Part shown: positions 1 through 12,079 of the stretch, one piece after another | Position numbering within the stretch: the first letter of the stretch is position 1 | How the letters are laid out: every line of letters begins with the position of its first letter | Origin: Epithemia pelagica | Taxonomy: Eukaryota; Protista; Bacillariophyta | Reading direction: 5' to 3' | Length of the DNA: 64,000 bases | NCBI GenBank assembly: GCA_946965045.2 | Contig: OX337229.1 | Span: 4,650,001 to 4,714,000 of the forward strand | Program-made: the position numbers and the translations under genes | The notes under the pieces: generated by a model | The model's database searches: none | What the model was told of the DNA's origin: nothing | What the model saw: only the letters and a program-made list of their open reading frames with translations

Positions 1-1038
1 AGATCTAGCAGGAGTGCTAGGGGCTGATGATGTTGCCTGGCCTTTTCCACTCGCTACCAGGCTAGCCCATGAACCAGGGGGTGGTTTTGCCACTGCCGCA
101 GCTCCCTGAGACGGTTCCTCTGTCACTACTGGTTCCAACTTGTTGCCGTTTGTAGCCACTGTACCTTCTTTCGCCACCTGTTTCACTTCATCCATATCTC
201 CTCTGACCGGCTCCTGATCAACACCTAGTTCCTCTCCCGTAGTCTTCGTACCATCTTCGTCAACCGGACTATCGTATTGGAGTTGATCATCTTCAAAAAC
301 TGATTCCTTTGATTCCTCCACACCTCCACCTGGCGCATCTTTTACCTCCGATGTTTGGGCCGCAGTCGTCAAATCGCCCTCAGCGTTCACGTCGTCCGTA
401 CTATGCATGACTTCAGAAAGCGGGGGATCCTGAACAGTCGACGGAAGCTGTACAGCGGGTTCAGTAACAAGCATCTCTTCATCTTGTGTCGTGTTCGAAG
501 CAATGACAGTCTTTTCCTCATCATCCTGCAAGAACCGAAGAATATCATTTTGGACAGAAAAAGACTTCTTGTTCCCCGGTCCAACAGTACTGACAAGGAA
601 AAAGGTATGCACAAAGCCTTTTCTGCGTTGTTGAGGGGCAATTGCGAGGTCTTTGTCGCCATCCTCTCCATTCTCTGGAGGGTGATAGACAACATGACCA
701 GTTGCAACCAACAAGATTCCACCATTCACCGAAAACTGTGCATCAATCGCACCATTTTCAAACTCAAATCGAATGTCCCAGCTGCCGAAACTACCCTGAG
801 AGAACCTATCCTTGAGTTGTTGCCCATGTAGGGCCTCAAAGCTTTGGGGTTGAACTGGTTCAGAGCCAATGCCAACCGAGAAAACGGACGAAGGATGGTA
901 CATTCGTACGACCTCATCGGGATTGGTTGAGAGGCTACGGTAGTACTTCTTGACAAAGTGAGTTCCGACGATCAGCGCCGAAGGACCATCTCCAGAAGGT
1001 GGAGTGGGGGTGGACGACCCACTTCGAGCAAGGCTCAT
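1..1038 (-). CDS. G3BP-like NTF2-domain protein (3' end runs off the left edge of the window)
   Basis: Not in the ORF track because it has no stop inside the window. Manual translation from ATG at 1038: MSLARSGSS...VGTHFVKKYYRSL...GAIDAQFSVNGGILLVATGHV...GFVHTFFL...FSVQNDILRFL (NTF2-like domain), then an acidic region and PPGSWASLVA, typical of G3BP/Nxt3 proteins. Confidence 0.85.
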   Translation of the reverse strand, partial: MSLARSGSSTPTPPSGDGPSALIVGTHFVKKYYRSLSTNPDEVVRMYHPSSVFSVGIGSEPVQPQSFEALHGQQLKDRFSQGSFGSWDIRFEFENGAIDAQFSVNGGILLVATGHVVYHPPENGEDGDKDLAIAPQQRRKGFVHTFFLVSTVGPGNKKSFSVQNDILRFLQDDEEKTVIASNTTQDEEMLVTEPAVQLPSTVQDPPLSEVMHSTDDVNAEGDLTTAAQTSEVKDAPGGGVEESKESVFEDDQLQYDSPVDEDGTKTTGEELGVDQEPVRGDMDEVKQVAKEGTVATNGNKLEPVVTEEPSQGAAAVAKPPPGSWASLVASGKGQATSSAPSTPARS

Positions 1039-1845
1039 GGCCGAAAGCAAAGCGATCTTTGCGATTCAATGACGCACGGTCTACCGTTCAAAGCGAAACA
1101 AAACCGAAATTCTCTCCCCGGTCAGTAAGATTACGGAGCTTCTAACAGGACCGCAAACTCTCGACACTCTTCTCTTTGTTGAAGGTGCAAACCTCTGGGG
1201 AAGAGGAAACAAAGCCGAGAAGAATCCAAAGATCGAACGCAATCTGTTCCAGTTAGCCGAATCAGAACGGACCGACCCTGACTTCAGTGTGACCTTAATC
1301 ACAGGGCCACCGAGCAAAGAAGGGTTTAGGAGTGAAAGATAGACAAACGATCCCCCGAGAAGAAGAAATTATTATATCACACAACCTTCGATTGCCTTCT
1401 CTCTTTGTGTTGTGTTGGCTCCGTGGTGGTGCAGCGCTGCGCGGTGCAACGTGCAACATTGGTCTGTTGTGGTGTCCACCAAAGCCGCCTCGACGTCTGT
1501 CTGTCTGCTGGCTGTGGATCTTAGCTGCGCGCGTTAATGGAGTCTACCCAGAGAAAAATCTCCGTGGCGCTATCGACTATCGAAGCGAATTCCATCTAGC
1601 TCTCTAGCAAACGCTATTGCTAATAATACAGCTTGGAGTTGGCGATCGCTGAAGCCATACCTAACAGGAGAGATGGAAAGAAAACAGCAAACCGCTTCAC
1701 TTCAGACTTGCGCCGCAGTGGTGAGTGCATCTCATATCTCTCTCGTCTTAGTTAGATAGAATCCACATAATTCGGCAACAGAATGATCCTGCTTGTGCTT
1801 GTATGGTTCAATCCGGCGTCTATAGCAAGACTGTTGTTGGATCGC

Positions 1846-3674
1846 TCAATCCCACTCTGATCCACCGCGTTTCCGTGATGTATTGAACCCTTGGTCTTTT
1901 GCCATGCGTTCTTCTTGAAGCGCCTCGTGCTTCGTGCGCCTGGCACGATTGAGCTGGTATTTTTGTGACATTTCCTGTAAGGCCAGATCCGTCAAGCGTT
2001 CCGTCTCCATTTCTACCGACGCATACGTCTTGTGATTGTAAACCACGACCTGAAAACAAAGGCATAAGTATGAGGAACCCAAAGTCGATATGTGACATCA
2101 AAATGAGGATAAGGTTCGTCCACAACACAGAAAAGACTTACCGTTACAATACCACGAGAACCACCATATTTACCAAAAGCACGTTCCAGCTCAGCTCGTC
2201 GGATATCAACCTCGGAACTGGTGTGGATCTTGGGCAAATTGCGGATGAAGAGCTTTCGGGGATGAATGCTGTTGAAACTGTTTACTCCCGGTACCTCTGC
2301 CAACTTCTCGGCAGAAGATGACGCCATGATGGGTTTGTAACCCCACCACACTTTGAATACCTTCCAATTCTCTGGACTGGCGTAGTCGTCTGTCGAAGGA
2401 AATTGGAGACACAATCGGCTGTTTTCAGACGACAACAGATCTTGACGGTGCTCAAGGCGCGCACAGTGCTGGTTTTCTAGAAAGATGTCAAAGCCGTCTG
2501 TATGGATTTGAATTAGCAACGTAGAGGCTTCTTCACCAAAGATGACCGGAATGCGACTGAGAGGAATATTCAGCGGCTGTCCCCATACACCATCTTGCTT
2601 GTCATTCATGACAACTTGTCCACCTCGTTCTCGTTGACGCGGATTGAAATGGAAAAGGATCGAATTAAAGTCATGATCGGGTTGATCTGCTTGTGCGATG
2701 TTTAGACTGAAACGCCTAGAGTCAGATGGAACTGAAAACTTGATTGCCAGCGTGTTGTTCGTATTTGTTCCTGGGGCCGCTTCCACATCAAAATCTTCTA
2801 AATAGGACAAAAATGCGCCATCATTTGGCCCTGATGCCCCTTCAGGAGGAGTCCAAACACCCTTTCGTTGCTCACCAGATTCTGCCATTGATGCTGCTAT
2901 CAAATCGTCTTCATCATCTAAAGAACCTGGAAAAAGAACTTTGCCGAGACGGCCTTCCAAACCCAACTTTGACGAAAAATCGTGCGGAGGCGTTGCCATT
3001 GGACCGAGATTGGCCAGAAGTGATGGACCCTCACCTCGTACTGTTGGTTTTTGCTTTTTGGTAAGGATAGTTTCTGACAAATCTGCATCTTCTTCGTTTG
3101 CGTCTTGGCCTGTTAAATGCTTAGCAATCATCATCTCCTCTTGCTCCTTGGCTGCCGTGTCCGATTTTTCTTTTGCCTCGGCGACTTCTCGGCGCCATTC
3201 TTCCAATTTAGCTTCTCCCTCTGGAGATTCTTCATCTTCCATGTCTCCTTCTTCCTCGTTCATGTCGTCATCTTCGTCGCCATCGTCGTCGTCTTCGCCA
3301 TCGTCGTCTCCCGCAGCCCCAGACACGCCTGACTTTTGTTGTTTCGTACGTTTGCGCTTCACCTTGCGTTGCTTGTTTTGGCTCTCGAGAAAGTCTGCAT
3401 TACGTTCCTGAAGTTTTCTTAACGCAGCATCCTTTTTCAGATACGCTGCCCGCTTTTCATAGGCTTTAATTGTTTCATACATTTCTAACAATCTTTGCTC
3501 TTGTAAAGTTGGTTCGAAATCGTCGCCGAGTGCGACAATTCCATACTTTTTTTGTTTTTCTGGGGACGGATTGCGCCAAGAGAAATTGCTCGACGATGCT
3601 GTCGTCGTGAAAGATCTGGATTTCGCTTCCGCGTCGCCTGGATTTCTTCCGCCGCTTGAAGTTTGATTCGACAT
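1846..3674 (-). CDS. Acidic coiled-coil + galectin-like domain + RRM protein, 2 exons (intron 2051-2141)
   Basis: ORF 2013..3674 contains FSLNIAQ...ILFHFNPR...VVMN...GVWG (galectin fold) and RKLFIRNLP (RNP2). A GTAAGT...TTTTCAG intron (91 nt, phase 0) joins it to VVVYNHKTYASVEMETERLTDLALQEM (RNP1-like), ending at the stop of ORF 1846..2082. Confidence 0.8.
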
Positions 3675-4870
3675 GGTCTCTTTATGTCAGAACGACCAAC
3701 GGGACAACGGCAACAGGATCTGTCTCGCGATGTGCGACTGCTGAGTGCTAATGGCAACTTGGATGGAGTTGAAGTCGGTCTATTGTACTTCGAGCAGAGG
3801 CGTTCGCCTCTTTGGTGTTGGTTGGGTCAGTCTTGGGTGAGTCATTGGTCATTAAAATTATGAATGGCCCCATTACCCCCCTCATCACAACGGACAACAC
3901 CGCCAATGACCCGGGTCCAAAACATTTTGGTTATTGCTCCTTTCCACTCTTTTGTAAGAAAGGCTGCGATTTGCCAATCCTGCAACTGTGATGAGTTTGA
4001 TCAAAAGTAACCATCAGCTTTAATTCGTTGGTCTTCTTTTCCATCGTAGGAAGTCACGCACTTTCATTACTCCCAAGGCTCAATGCTGAAGATGTTCCTT
4101 TCCCAGATGCGCATACATTTGCAACTGGGTTCTTGCTTGCAGTTTGCGACGCAATCAGACAAACTTGTCTTATCTTGCCATGATATGATTATGTTAACCT
4201 CACCATTATCGTCGGTTTACTTAAGTGTGCAACGTTTGCTGCTGGACTCGTCCCATTGTCAACAGTAGTTGGAGTACCCACTTTTCCTGTCGACCACCAC
4301 AAAGCAAAAGATCTCTCCTCCCTCTTCTACTCGTATTGTAGAGAGTTATCTTCTCTGGCTAATGGATTTCAGCTGGAAATGAACCCAAATGAGTCTTTTT
4401 CTCGAAGTGCGTTCATAGGAACCATGCAAATTTGTTCCATCGTGGCGCTTTCAACGAAAAATCGTAAAGAAACAAATACTACAAGTAGATTATCCGCTTA
4501 TTGGCTCATGAATAGGATACAGGGAAACAGGATCAGCCAACCTGTTCCGTCTGACTGCGTGTCTCAGATTATGGACGCGAGAGGATGCCGCCGCAACCGC
4601 GCAAGGATCGTTTGGTGTTTGGTTGATTTTGTGAACCAAAATCCCGAAATACCCTTTCAGTTTCTAAAACAATATTTAGTGTACAATCGATACAATTTAT
4701 TTTGCGCGAAGTCCGTTGATACCCTGCCAGTAATCGATCAAGCAACGGCTACCCCAACAACCAGTCTCTGACCTTCGAATTCAACCAATCTTGTTTGGTC
4801 CCATGCCAGTTCTTGCTGGTTGATTCTTTTTTTCGGGAGAGAGACAAAGGCGCTTTAGATTGCGTTGAAC

Positions 4871-4886
4871 AGAGAGAGAGAGAGAG
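4871..4886 (+). repeat. (AG)8 microsatellite upstream of the ankyrin-like gene
   Basis: agagagagagagagag read directly in the sequence. Confidence 0.9.
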
Positions 4887-4939
4887 AATAAGCCAACGAC
4901 AACGCCTCCAGCATACACGATCACTGCGATCGAGTGAAA

Positions 4940-7501
4940 ATGATTTCGCCACAGCGGAAAAAGGGGTTTCGAAGCCGCAGTCAAACGAGAAAAGACGACG
5001 GAGAGAGCCCCACCATCAAACCTAGAGGGAGAGGGAGGAGTTTTAGTATTTCAAGTAGGAGTTCTGCGAGGTCACGAAGTACCAGTACTACAAGAACGGG
5101 CAGTACAGTGCATCCGCCATCTCCAAAACGAAGAGGAAAAGCCTCGGTCAAGAAATCGCAAGGAGCTGCCCGGAGACCGTCGGCCGATTTGGTGGTGCTC
5201 AACGACAACAACAGCACCACCACCAACAGTACCCAACCAGGGAAGAAGGGTCGGAATACGATCCGAAGGACGTTCAGTTTTACGAGCATTGCCTCATCGA
5301 CTGGTGGGACATCGAAAAGTAGCCCACCTGCGTCTACTGCTACCAGTAAGGAGAAGGACATTAGCTATGTTCCTCCCAAGTTTACTCCCAGCAATGAAGG
5401 CGTCGTCGCAGACAAGGAAGTTGATTTCTTTGCCAATCCGACAGTGTTAAGTCGATTGATTCAGAACCAGAAGTTCTCGGCAGCAATTTCTCGGTTAGAA
5501 AAACAGGGTCCTGGAGAAGCTTCTGTCTGGGTATGTACCAAACGAAAGCTTCCACCGACTCTGCATCATGCCGAAACCAAGAAAACCAACGAGGCGATCA
5601 ATGTGTCGTCTCGATCTCTTGTCTCCACATCCAAAGGGTCAGCCGCATCCAACAACAAGAAATCTACGATGGGCAAAAAGACAGTAAAAAGCGGTAAAGC
5701 TGGAGCAGCCTCCGCAAGTGATGATGCGACCACCAACAGCGATACACCGTTCACATTTCGTCAACTTCCCATTCACATGGCTTGTGGAAGTCTTTTTCGA
5801 GTCGAGGATCAGGCCTTACGACAAGACCTGGAACAATTGATTGCTCGTCTCGTGATTGCCTATCCGGAAGGATGTTCGCGTCTGGACCACCAAGGCAGGT
5901 ACCCGTTGCATGAATGCATTTGGTACAATGCAGCTCCTCCCATTGTATCGGCCCTGCTCATGGCTGCACCCGAAATTGCTCGTCTGGGAGATTCCCAAGG
6001 TGTTACTCCCACAATTTTGAATGAACATCGGAAATGTTCCAATCCCATGCACAAGAAAATGGTACGAGGTATGCTCAAAAAGTCGCCCGAATTCTGGAAG
6101 GCAGCTCGCAAGGAAGCCGAATTCCGAATGAAGCACCGCGATATACCTGCCACTGATGCGACCATAACGTCCACGTCCGTATTAGCATCCAGTGTGGTCG
6201 AAGACGAGACCATTGCCTCGAAGGACAAGTCTCATCAAAATGATCAACGTCATCAGCAACATCAAAGGAAGCAGTTGTTGAATGAAGTTCACCAGCAACA
6301 ACCCGAACCCCAACAACAGCAAGCACCAGCAAAGCCTTTGGAATGGGCACAACTCGAAAAGAGAGCCATTGCCTTGGAACAGAAACTAGCGGAAAGTTAC
6401 GAACACATTTACGTTTTGAATCAACAGCTCAACGAGCTCAAAGGAGCAAAGAATGCTCTCCAAGTCAAGCTGGACAAGTTTGCCAATTCCGATTTGGGCA
6501 AGCGTGTGGTCAAGCTGGAAAATGAAAAGGATGAATTGCAGTTCCATCTTGCTCGTAGCCAAGCACTTTTGGCGAAACATGGTATTTCGTTGGAAGAAGC
6601 CAATGTAGCTGAGGGAATGCCACCATTGCCCCCACTTCATATTTCGTTTGCCGCATCGAACGCACCCACCGAAGACACAGCGGCAACGACCAGTGACGAG
6701 GAAAACAATGAAAACGCCTTTGCGGACGAACAATACGATGACAAGGCCAGGTTGGAATTGGAAAAGAAAAGATTGGCCATGTTGAATCAACAGTTGGACA
6801 TTTTGAATCAAGATCAGGCCGCCTACGAAGAGCGCGCCCAGTACTTTTGCGAAATTGTGCCGGATGACGCCACTGCCAAGAGCGAAATTACGACGGATGA
6901 CTTTACGGCCATGACACCTGCTTCCCGATTCCACCCGACGCGTCCGGAACCTGACGCCAATGCTAGTCTCATTGGAGGAGTGGCAATGACGAAGTCGATT
7001 CCCAAAATGTCCGCTGTTATGGAAGACCGTGTATCGTCCACAGAGCCATTGCCTACTATTTCTCATCAACAACCAATGGGACGGGGAACCAGTAACGTCG
7101 GAAACACCCGAACAGGTCGTTCAGGGGGATCAACCACGGGTGGCGGCGCAAGTATGACAGGGAGCAACCGAGGTCGCCGTGCTAGTCTTTCGACGAGTGA
7201 TCATAATTTCGAATTGGACAGTGTGTTAGAAGGAGCCATGGAGCTGAACGGCGGACAGGGATTGTCGCCGGATATGGTCGCCCTATGGAAATCAACTACG
7301 GGAACCATTACTCCGGGTGGCAAACTTGCATCAGTTATGAACGACACATCCAATCATTCATTGGGGGAGAAAGAGTACGAGCAGCAAATGATGATGGCAA
7401 AGTTGCGCTCACGTCCTGGAGCCGACTTGTCACCCTTGGCTTCTCCGCCTCACCAACGAGTCTTTTTGACTTCCCAGCAACGAGAACAAGTACAGTTGTA
7501 G
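4940..7501 (+). CDS. Ankyrin-repeat-like / coiled-coil protein of a diatom-expanded type
   Basis: 855-aa ORF (first ATG 4940). Ser/Lys-rich N-terminus, LPIHMAC...YPEG...GRYPLHECIW...VSALLMAAPE ankyrin-like units, Gln-rich linker and heptad coiled coils. Confidence 0.7.
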   Translation: MISPQRKKGFRSRSQTRKDDGESPTIKPRGRGRSFSISSRSSARSRSTSTTRTGSTVHPPSPKRRGKASVKKSQGAARRPSADLVVLNDNNSTTTNSTQPGKKGRNTIRRTFSFTSIASSTGGTSKSSPPASTATSKEKDISYVPPKFTPSNEGVVADKEVDFFANPTVLSRLIQNQKFSAAISRLEKQGPGEASVWVCTKRKLPPTLHHAETKKTNEAINVSSRSLVSTSKGSAASNNKKSTMGKKTVKSGKAGAASASDDATTNSDTPFTFRQLPIHMACGSLFRVEDQALRQDLEQLIARLVIAYPEGCSRLDHQGRYPLHECIWYNAAPPIVSALLMAAPEIARLGDSQGVTPTILNEHRKCSNPMHKKMVRGMLKKSPEFWKAARKEAEFRMKHRDIPATDATITSTSVLASSVVEDETIASKDKSHQNDQRHQQHQRKQLLNEVHQQQPEPQQQQAPAKPLEWAQLEKRAIALEQKLAESYEHIYVLNQQLNELKGAKNALQVKLDKFANSDLGKRVVKLENEKDELQFHLARSQALLAKHGISLEEANVAEGMPPLPPLHISFAASNAPTEDTAATTSDEENNENAFADEQYDDKARLELEKKRLAMLNQQLDILNQDQAAYEERAQYFCEIVPDDATAKSEITTDDFTAMTPASRFHPTRPEPDANASLIGGVAMTKSIPKMSAVMEDRVSSTEPLPTISHQQPMGRGTSNVGNTRTGRSGGSTTGGGASMTGSNRGRRASLSTSDHNFELDSVLEGAMELNGGQGLSPDMVALWKSTTGTITPGGKLASVMNDTSNHSLGEKEYEQQMMMAKLRSRPGADLSPLASPPHQRVFLTSQQREQVQL

Positions 7502-7632
7502 TCTAGTTAATACAAACACCTAATATATGTGTATGACACGAGTTCACTGTGGGACTAGTTGACTGTTGCAAAGGCTGACTTTTCTCGTTGGTCGATAAAA
7601 GAGCTGCCGAGCAAATCCAACAAAGGGAGACA

Positions 7633-9105
7633 TTACAGTCCCTCACCATCGACAGTCAAAAAGTGATTCTTAATGTTTTGCCGCTTGTCACGACGACGGG
7701 TGAGATCCATATGTGCTTCCTTGGCAGCTTCGCTTCCTTTCGACATGTACAGTCGTTTCTCTAGCTGCGAAAGGCCTCCATTGGAATTCAACATTCGTTT
7801 GTCAGCTCCAAAAATTTGTTGCAATGTTTCGTTGGTTAACAACTGAATCTGAAAACCACTTTGAAGACAATGTCTCACAAAGTTGAGTTGAATAACCTCT
7901 CTCCATGTTCCCAATGTCAATTGCGCACCATTGCGAAAGCTAACGACCTCTTCTGGTGATTCATCGTCGACAATCGTATTGGAGAATTCCCGAAATGTTG
8001 CCCGTTGTTCCTTCCTTGCTTTCTTGTTCAACGATCTCCCTGAATCAACAGCCAATTCAGCTATTCGTTGCTTCACTTCGTCCATTGTTACCTCCCACGA
8101 CGTGCCTTCCCATGATCCTTTGCGAAATTTTTTCTCTGTCACGTTCTCTCCTTCGTCGGCATCAAGACCAAGGTTCAGCCGTGATTCATGAATAAGAGAT
8201 AAGCATTCTCCTGCAGCGGCGCGAATGTCGACCGAATTTATGTCCAAGAACTTGCTGAGCCAATCTAAAATGGCCAAACCTCGTCCAATCTGAATATCAT
8301 CTTGTCCAGCCAAAAAGGGATCTTCAATTGTTGTTGCGAGCAGTGCCCAGGCATCCAACGCAGTCGCTCGTAGCGCCAATGGTGTCGTTTCGCCGCGAAA
8401 AGTTTCTTGTGCGACACTTTCACAAAAATCCATGAGTTGCTCGGTACCAAAACCATCCGCCGATCCATCGCAAATAAACACTGTCATGGCCCATGCTCGG
8501 AGTGCCGCCATTCGAACCGCGGTTGCCTTGGTAGTAGCCTGTACTGCGCGTTGCAAATGCTTGGCGACGGATTCCGCCCACGCCTCCTGATCTCCTCCCA
8601 GGACGACGGCCATGACTTCAATGCACCGACATGAAGCGTATTGCTCCGACGGCGTCCCCTGCCGCAAACTGTAGAGTAAGGCCGTACGCAAGGTGTCCTG
8701 ATTGGATGCCACCGCTTCCCACCCATTCGGTCCCGTCGCACACTGCGACAAACTCTTGAAGGCTCGTTTCAGACGAGATTCTCGCTTAGCTGACCTCTTC
8801 TCCGACGCGAATTCATCCATGGACGTCAACGCTTCTTGCAGACGTGCATGACGGGCAGCCGCCGCTATTTCTGCCTGATCGGATGTCCGATTCCCGTAAG
8901 CCAACAAGTCATCGTCATCGACTCCATTGTTCTCACTGTCGAAATCATCTTCAAAGGCCGAAAGGACAGTCGTCGCTGAATCCGCAATAGTGTGGTCCTC
9001 CGGAAGCAGATCGTCGTGGTTATCAGACCCCAGGATTATTTGGTTGTCATCGTCTTCGGGCACGTTCCCCTTCTTTCGGCGCTGCGAACGTGGTTTCTTG
9101 GCCAT
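7633..9105 (-). CDS. Interferon-related developmental regulator (IFRD) family protein
   Basis: EKRSAKRE, RAAAGECLSLIHE, KKARKEQRATFREF, FVRHCLQSGFQIQL and a basic C-terminal tail. Likely start MAKKPRSQ at 9105. Confidence 0.85.
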   Translation of the reverse strand: MAKKPRSQRRKKGNVPEDDDNQIILGSDNHDDLLPEDHTIADSATTVLSAFEDDFDSENNGVDDDDLLAYGNRTSDQAEIAAAARHARLQEALTSMDEFASEKRSAKRESRLKRAFKSLSQCATGPNGWEAVASNQDTLRTALLYSLRQGTPSEQYASCRCIEVMAVVLGGDQEAWAESVAKHLQRAVQATTKATAVRMAALRAWAMTVFICDGSADGFGTEQLMDFCESVAQETFRGETTPLALRATALDAWALLATTIEDPFLAGQDDIQIGRGLAILDWLSKFLDINSVDIRAAAGECLSLIHESRLNLGLDADEGENVTEKKFRKGSWEGTSWEVTMDEVKQRIAELAVDSGRSLNKKARKEQRATFREFSNTIVDDESPEEVVSFRNGAQLTLGTWREVIQLNFVRHCLQSGFQIQLLTNETLQQIFGADKRMLNSNGGLSQLEKRLYMSKGSEAAKEAHMDLTRRRDKRQNIKNHFLTVDGEGL

Positions 9106-9455
9106 GTTGGAATAGTTCTCCCGTTGCTTTCTTGATATATAGGATTGTGCTTCTGTAGTTGTGGACTTTTGAATGCGACATACGACGCTATTCTCGTTTT
9201 GTGGTGTCAAGGTTCGTGTTGAAGCACGTCGAACGTCGAATCAAGGTTCCCGTTCTTCGCTCACGCATCCATCACGGCGCGATTCGAAGCATTTCAAAAT
9301 TCAAATATTTAACTTTGAAATTGAATTATGTTTCATTTGTTTTCATCATCATCTTCACATTGGCTTTCGTTTGCGATTTGCAATAACACATTTTAACAAG
9401 AACGGGCACTGAACGAGACAACGATTGCTTGTTGACCCATTTTCCCAACTCCGAA

Positions 9456-10782
9456 ATGGTAGGCCGTTATGACAGATTCCTGCGAATGCCTCCCACAGAA
9501 CGTTTGAGCTAACCAGTGGTTTTTGTTCTCTCCAAAGTCCTCCAGCTCATCGCGCAATCGAAATTCTGCACAAGGGCAACCAGAGGGAACACTTGTTCGA
9601 CTGCTCCACACGTTTCGATCATCTTTATATTCTGTTCTTTGGCCAATCATTGGACTGGTGCGCTTACTGTTAACAGGCCGAACCTCGCCACGAGATGACT
9701 ATGATGGCCTATCGGCAGCCGTCACGGCCAAGGCATCTCAGAGCTTTGTAGCCTATCTAAAGAGTTTTCAGAATGGGGCAGCTATTGGAAATGGAAATTC
9801 AGGAACGGACGGAAATGGCAACAACGACGACAACTCGGATAATCAAACGTGGTTGACCACCGGCTTTGCTGCAGCACAAGAACAAGCAGCCCAGCAGCAG
9901 TCTCTCTTGTTGGTCTATTTGCACTCACCCCTCCATCGTGCGTCCGAGACGTTTTGCAAACAAATTTTGTGTCACGATTCCATGACAGCCTTTATCAATC
10001 AACCCAATGTCACTGCATTTGGAGTGAGCATTCACACAGCACAAGGCGCGTATTTGGCTCAGATTTTGCAAGCATCGTGCTACCCCTTTGTCGCCTTGTT
10101 GCAACCACGCCTCAGCACCACATCCACCCCGTCCAGTAACAATTCGTCGAGTACCGGCAACAATGGAACCATGACACTTGTGTTACGAGCCGAGGGACCC
10201 GCCTTGACTGATCTTTCTCCCGTGCAATTATTGAACCATTTTCAAACCGCGTTGCAACGGCACCAGTCGGTCGTTGCCGAAGCTGAGGCGCGTCGGTTGC
10301 AACGCCAAGAAGAAATGGAACTGCGTCAGCAACAAGATGCGGAATACCAGGCAGCCTTGTTGGCGGACCAAGAACGTGAAAGAGTGAAACGAGAAGAAGC
10401 GGAACAAGAGGCCAACCGGCTCGAAGAAATCCAACAGGAGGAGAAACGACAAGAAGCAGAAGCTGCCGCTCAGCTCAACAATGCTCGTGAACAAGTCCCT
10501 CCCGAGCCCACTTCCGGATGCTCCGATCCAGTAACAGCCATACGATTTGTATTGCCCAGTGGAACCAAATTGAACCGGCGATTTTATTCAAAAGAAAAGA
10601 TCTCAGGACTCATAGCGTATCTTACGGTTCACTTTCATGAAAATGAAATCGACATGTCCAAAAATATTGGGCTTTCTACCAACTTTCCGAAAAAGAGCTA
10701 TCACGAAGACGCAGATTTGACATTGGATGAAGCTGGTCTTTCCCCTCAAGCAGTATTGATGGTACAGGATCTTGATGCATAA
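9456..10782 (+). CDS. UAS-UBX domain protein (FAF2/UBXD8/PUX10-like Cdc48 adaptor), intron 9459-9537 directly after the ATG
   Basis: Hydrophobic hairpin, LLLVYLHSP...FCKQILC UAS domain, E/Q/R coiled coil, C-terminal UBX (IRFVLPSGTKLNRRF...TNFPKK...L). The track ORF has no usable ATG; ATG-GTAGG...CTAAC...AAAG gives an in-frame 79-nt intron. Confidence 0.85.
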
Positions 10783-11150
10783 GTCGCTATGTTATAGCTG
10801 AGGATGACGTCAAGGACTACGTAATATGGGATTCGGACATGCTTACGATCCGTAGCTAACTCGCAGTTTATAAGGATGAGCCGGTTTTGAGATATCGTTC
10901 TATCCACCAGCCTCCGTTTACTGGCCACCTTTCAATGTATTCTCAATGTGCGAGTTTGTGGCATGATGCATGATACACATATCCTCTGTCGCATTGAGAT
11001 TCCCTATGATTATGACAGCCCGTGCAAGCTTTTGATGGACTTGAAACCACATCTACATCTAATGAAGAGTCTATCGATTTTTAGTTATTGGAAAGCGATT
11101 CCACATGGAAGAACCTGGACCTACCCATCGTTCAGTATTATCAATGCGAT

Positions 11151-11954
11151 TTATGAGGGTGAACCAGACAAGTTGGCTTCTTGCCGAATCCGGGAGGCCA
11201 CCTTTTTCCTAAACGACAAACAATAGCTCGATATTGCCGCCGTACCAATTTCATTTCGGACAGCATGTTCGATGTCGCTCTTATTTGAACATGGAGCAAG
11301 AGGTAGAATACTTTCTGCAGATGCCAAGACATGAATACCACAATCATATCCAGTTTGTTGTCGGGGAACCCTGCATTCCAAAAGAGTGAGTGGTTCCGGA
11401 GCCAAAGGTGTGGAGAGACAAAACGTCTTGTGGATCATTTTGGCGACCGCTTCGGCGGCATAAAAGTTCCCCCCTGACGAATCCAAATGAAACGCCAAAG
11501 TCATTATCTCGTATGGATCGTTGGACGAGGTTGAAGGCTTTGAGAGATACGAGAGTATCAGGAGACTCCAATGCATACCTGCACTTGGCACTGCCCACGC
11601 ATCTTGTGACGCAAGAAAATGGTCGCTGATGGGAACAACGAGACGGAGACCTTCAGAGGACTTCGCACCATGAAAGTTCTTACAAGCTCCAGAAGAGAAC
11701 TCGCGGAGCTCATCTTCGTCGTGACACTGATGCATCAGAAAAGAAATGACGGATGGATCCATAAAGAGGGTGTTGGTTTCGGGAAACTTTTCCAATTGTT
11801 GTCTCTGCAACACTGTTGTATAAAAATTGATACACGCATCATTCAGCCATGCCGTAGGTGACTCCAACAGCGACAAGTCACGACCATAGATGCAGGCGTC
11901 ATGGTAGTTGACCACAAATTCGTCTGGTTTGTATGATGCTCTTGGGGTCGTCAT
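11151..11954 (-). CDS. SENP8: NEDD8-specific Ulp1/C48 protease (SENP8/DEN1-like)
   Basis: YHDACIYGRDLSLL...WLNDACINFY, HWSLL, HLDSS, QQTGYDCGIHV: catalytic His-Asp-Cys with oxyanion Gln. Likely start MTTPRASY at 11954. Confidence 0.85.
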   Translation of the reverse strand: MTTPRASYKPDEFVVNYHDACIYGRDLSLLESPTAWLNDACINFYTTVLQRQQLEKFPETNTLFMDPSVISFLMHQCHDEDELREFSSGACKNFHGAKSSEGLRLVVPISDHFLASQDAWAVPSAGMHWSLLILSYLSKPSTSSNDPYEIMTLAFHLDSSGGNFYAAEAVAKMIHKTFCLSTPLAPEPLTLLECRVPRQQTGYDCGIHVLASAESILPLAPCSNKSDIEHAVRNEIGTAAISSYCLSFRKKVASRIRQEANLSGSPS

Positions 11955-12079
11955 TTTCCTGGGCAACGATCTGTTGTATTTCAGTCGCGTAAAAAATTCA
12001 TGAATGTGTCTGACGCCATCATCACTCCTCCATGAATCAGCTCCCGAAAAAAAATGAGAATAGGGCACAAGAGCAAAAG

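Noticed and set aside
1318-1331. Telomere-like AGGGTTTAGG
   Set aside because: Less than two repeat units; not an array.
4256-4771. 171-aa ORF between the galectin-RRM and ankyrin-like genes
   Set aside because: Non-ATG start, no motifs, AT-rich intergenic character; cannot be supported without expression data.
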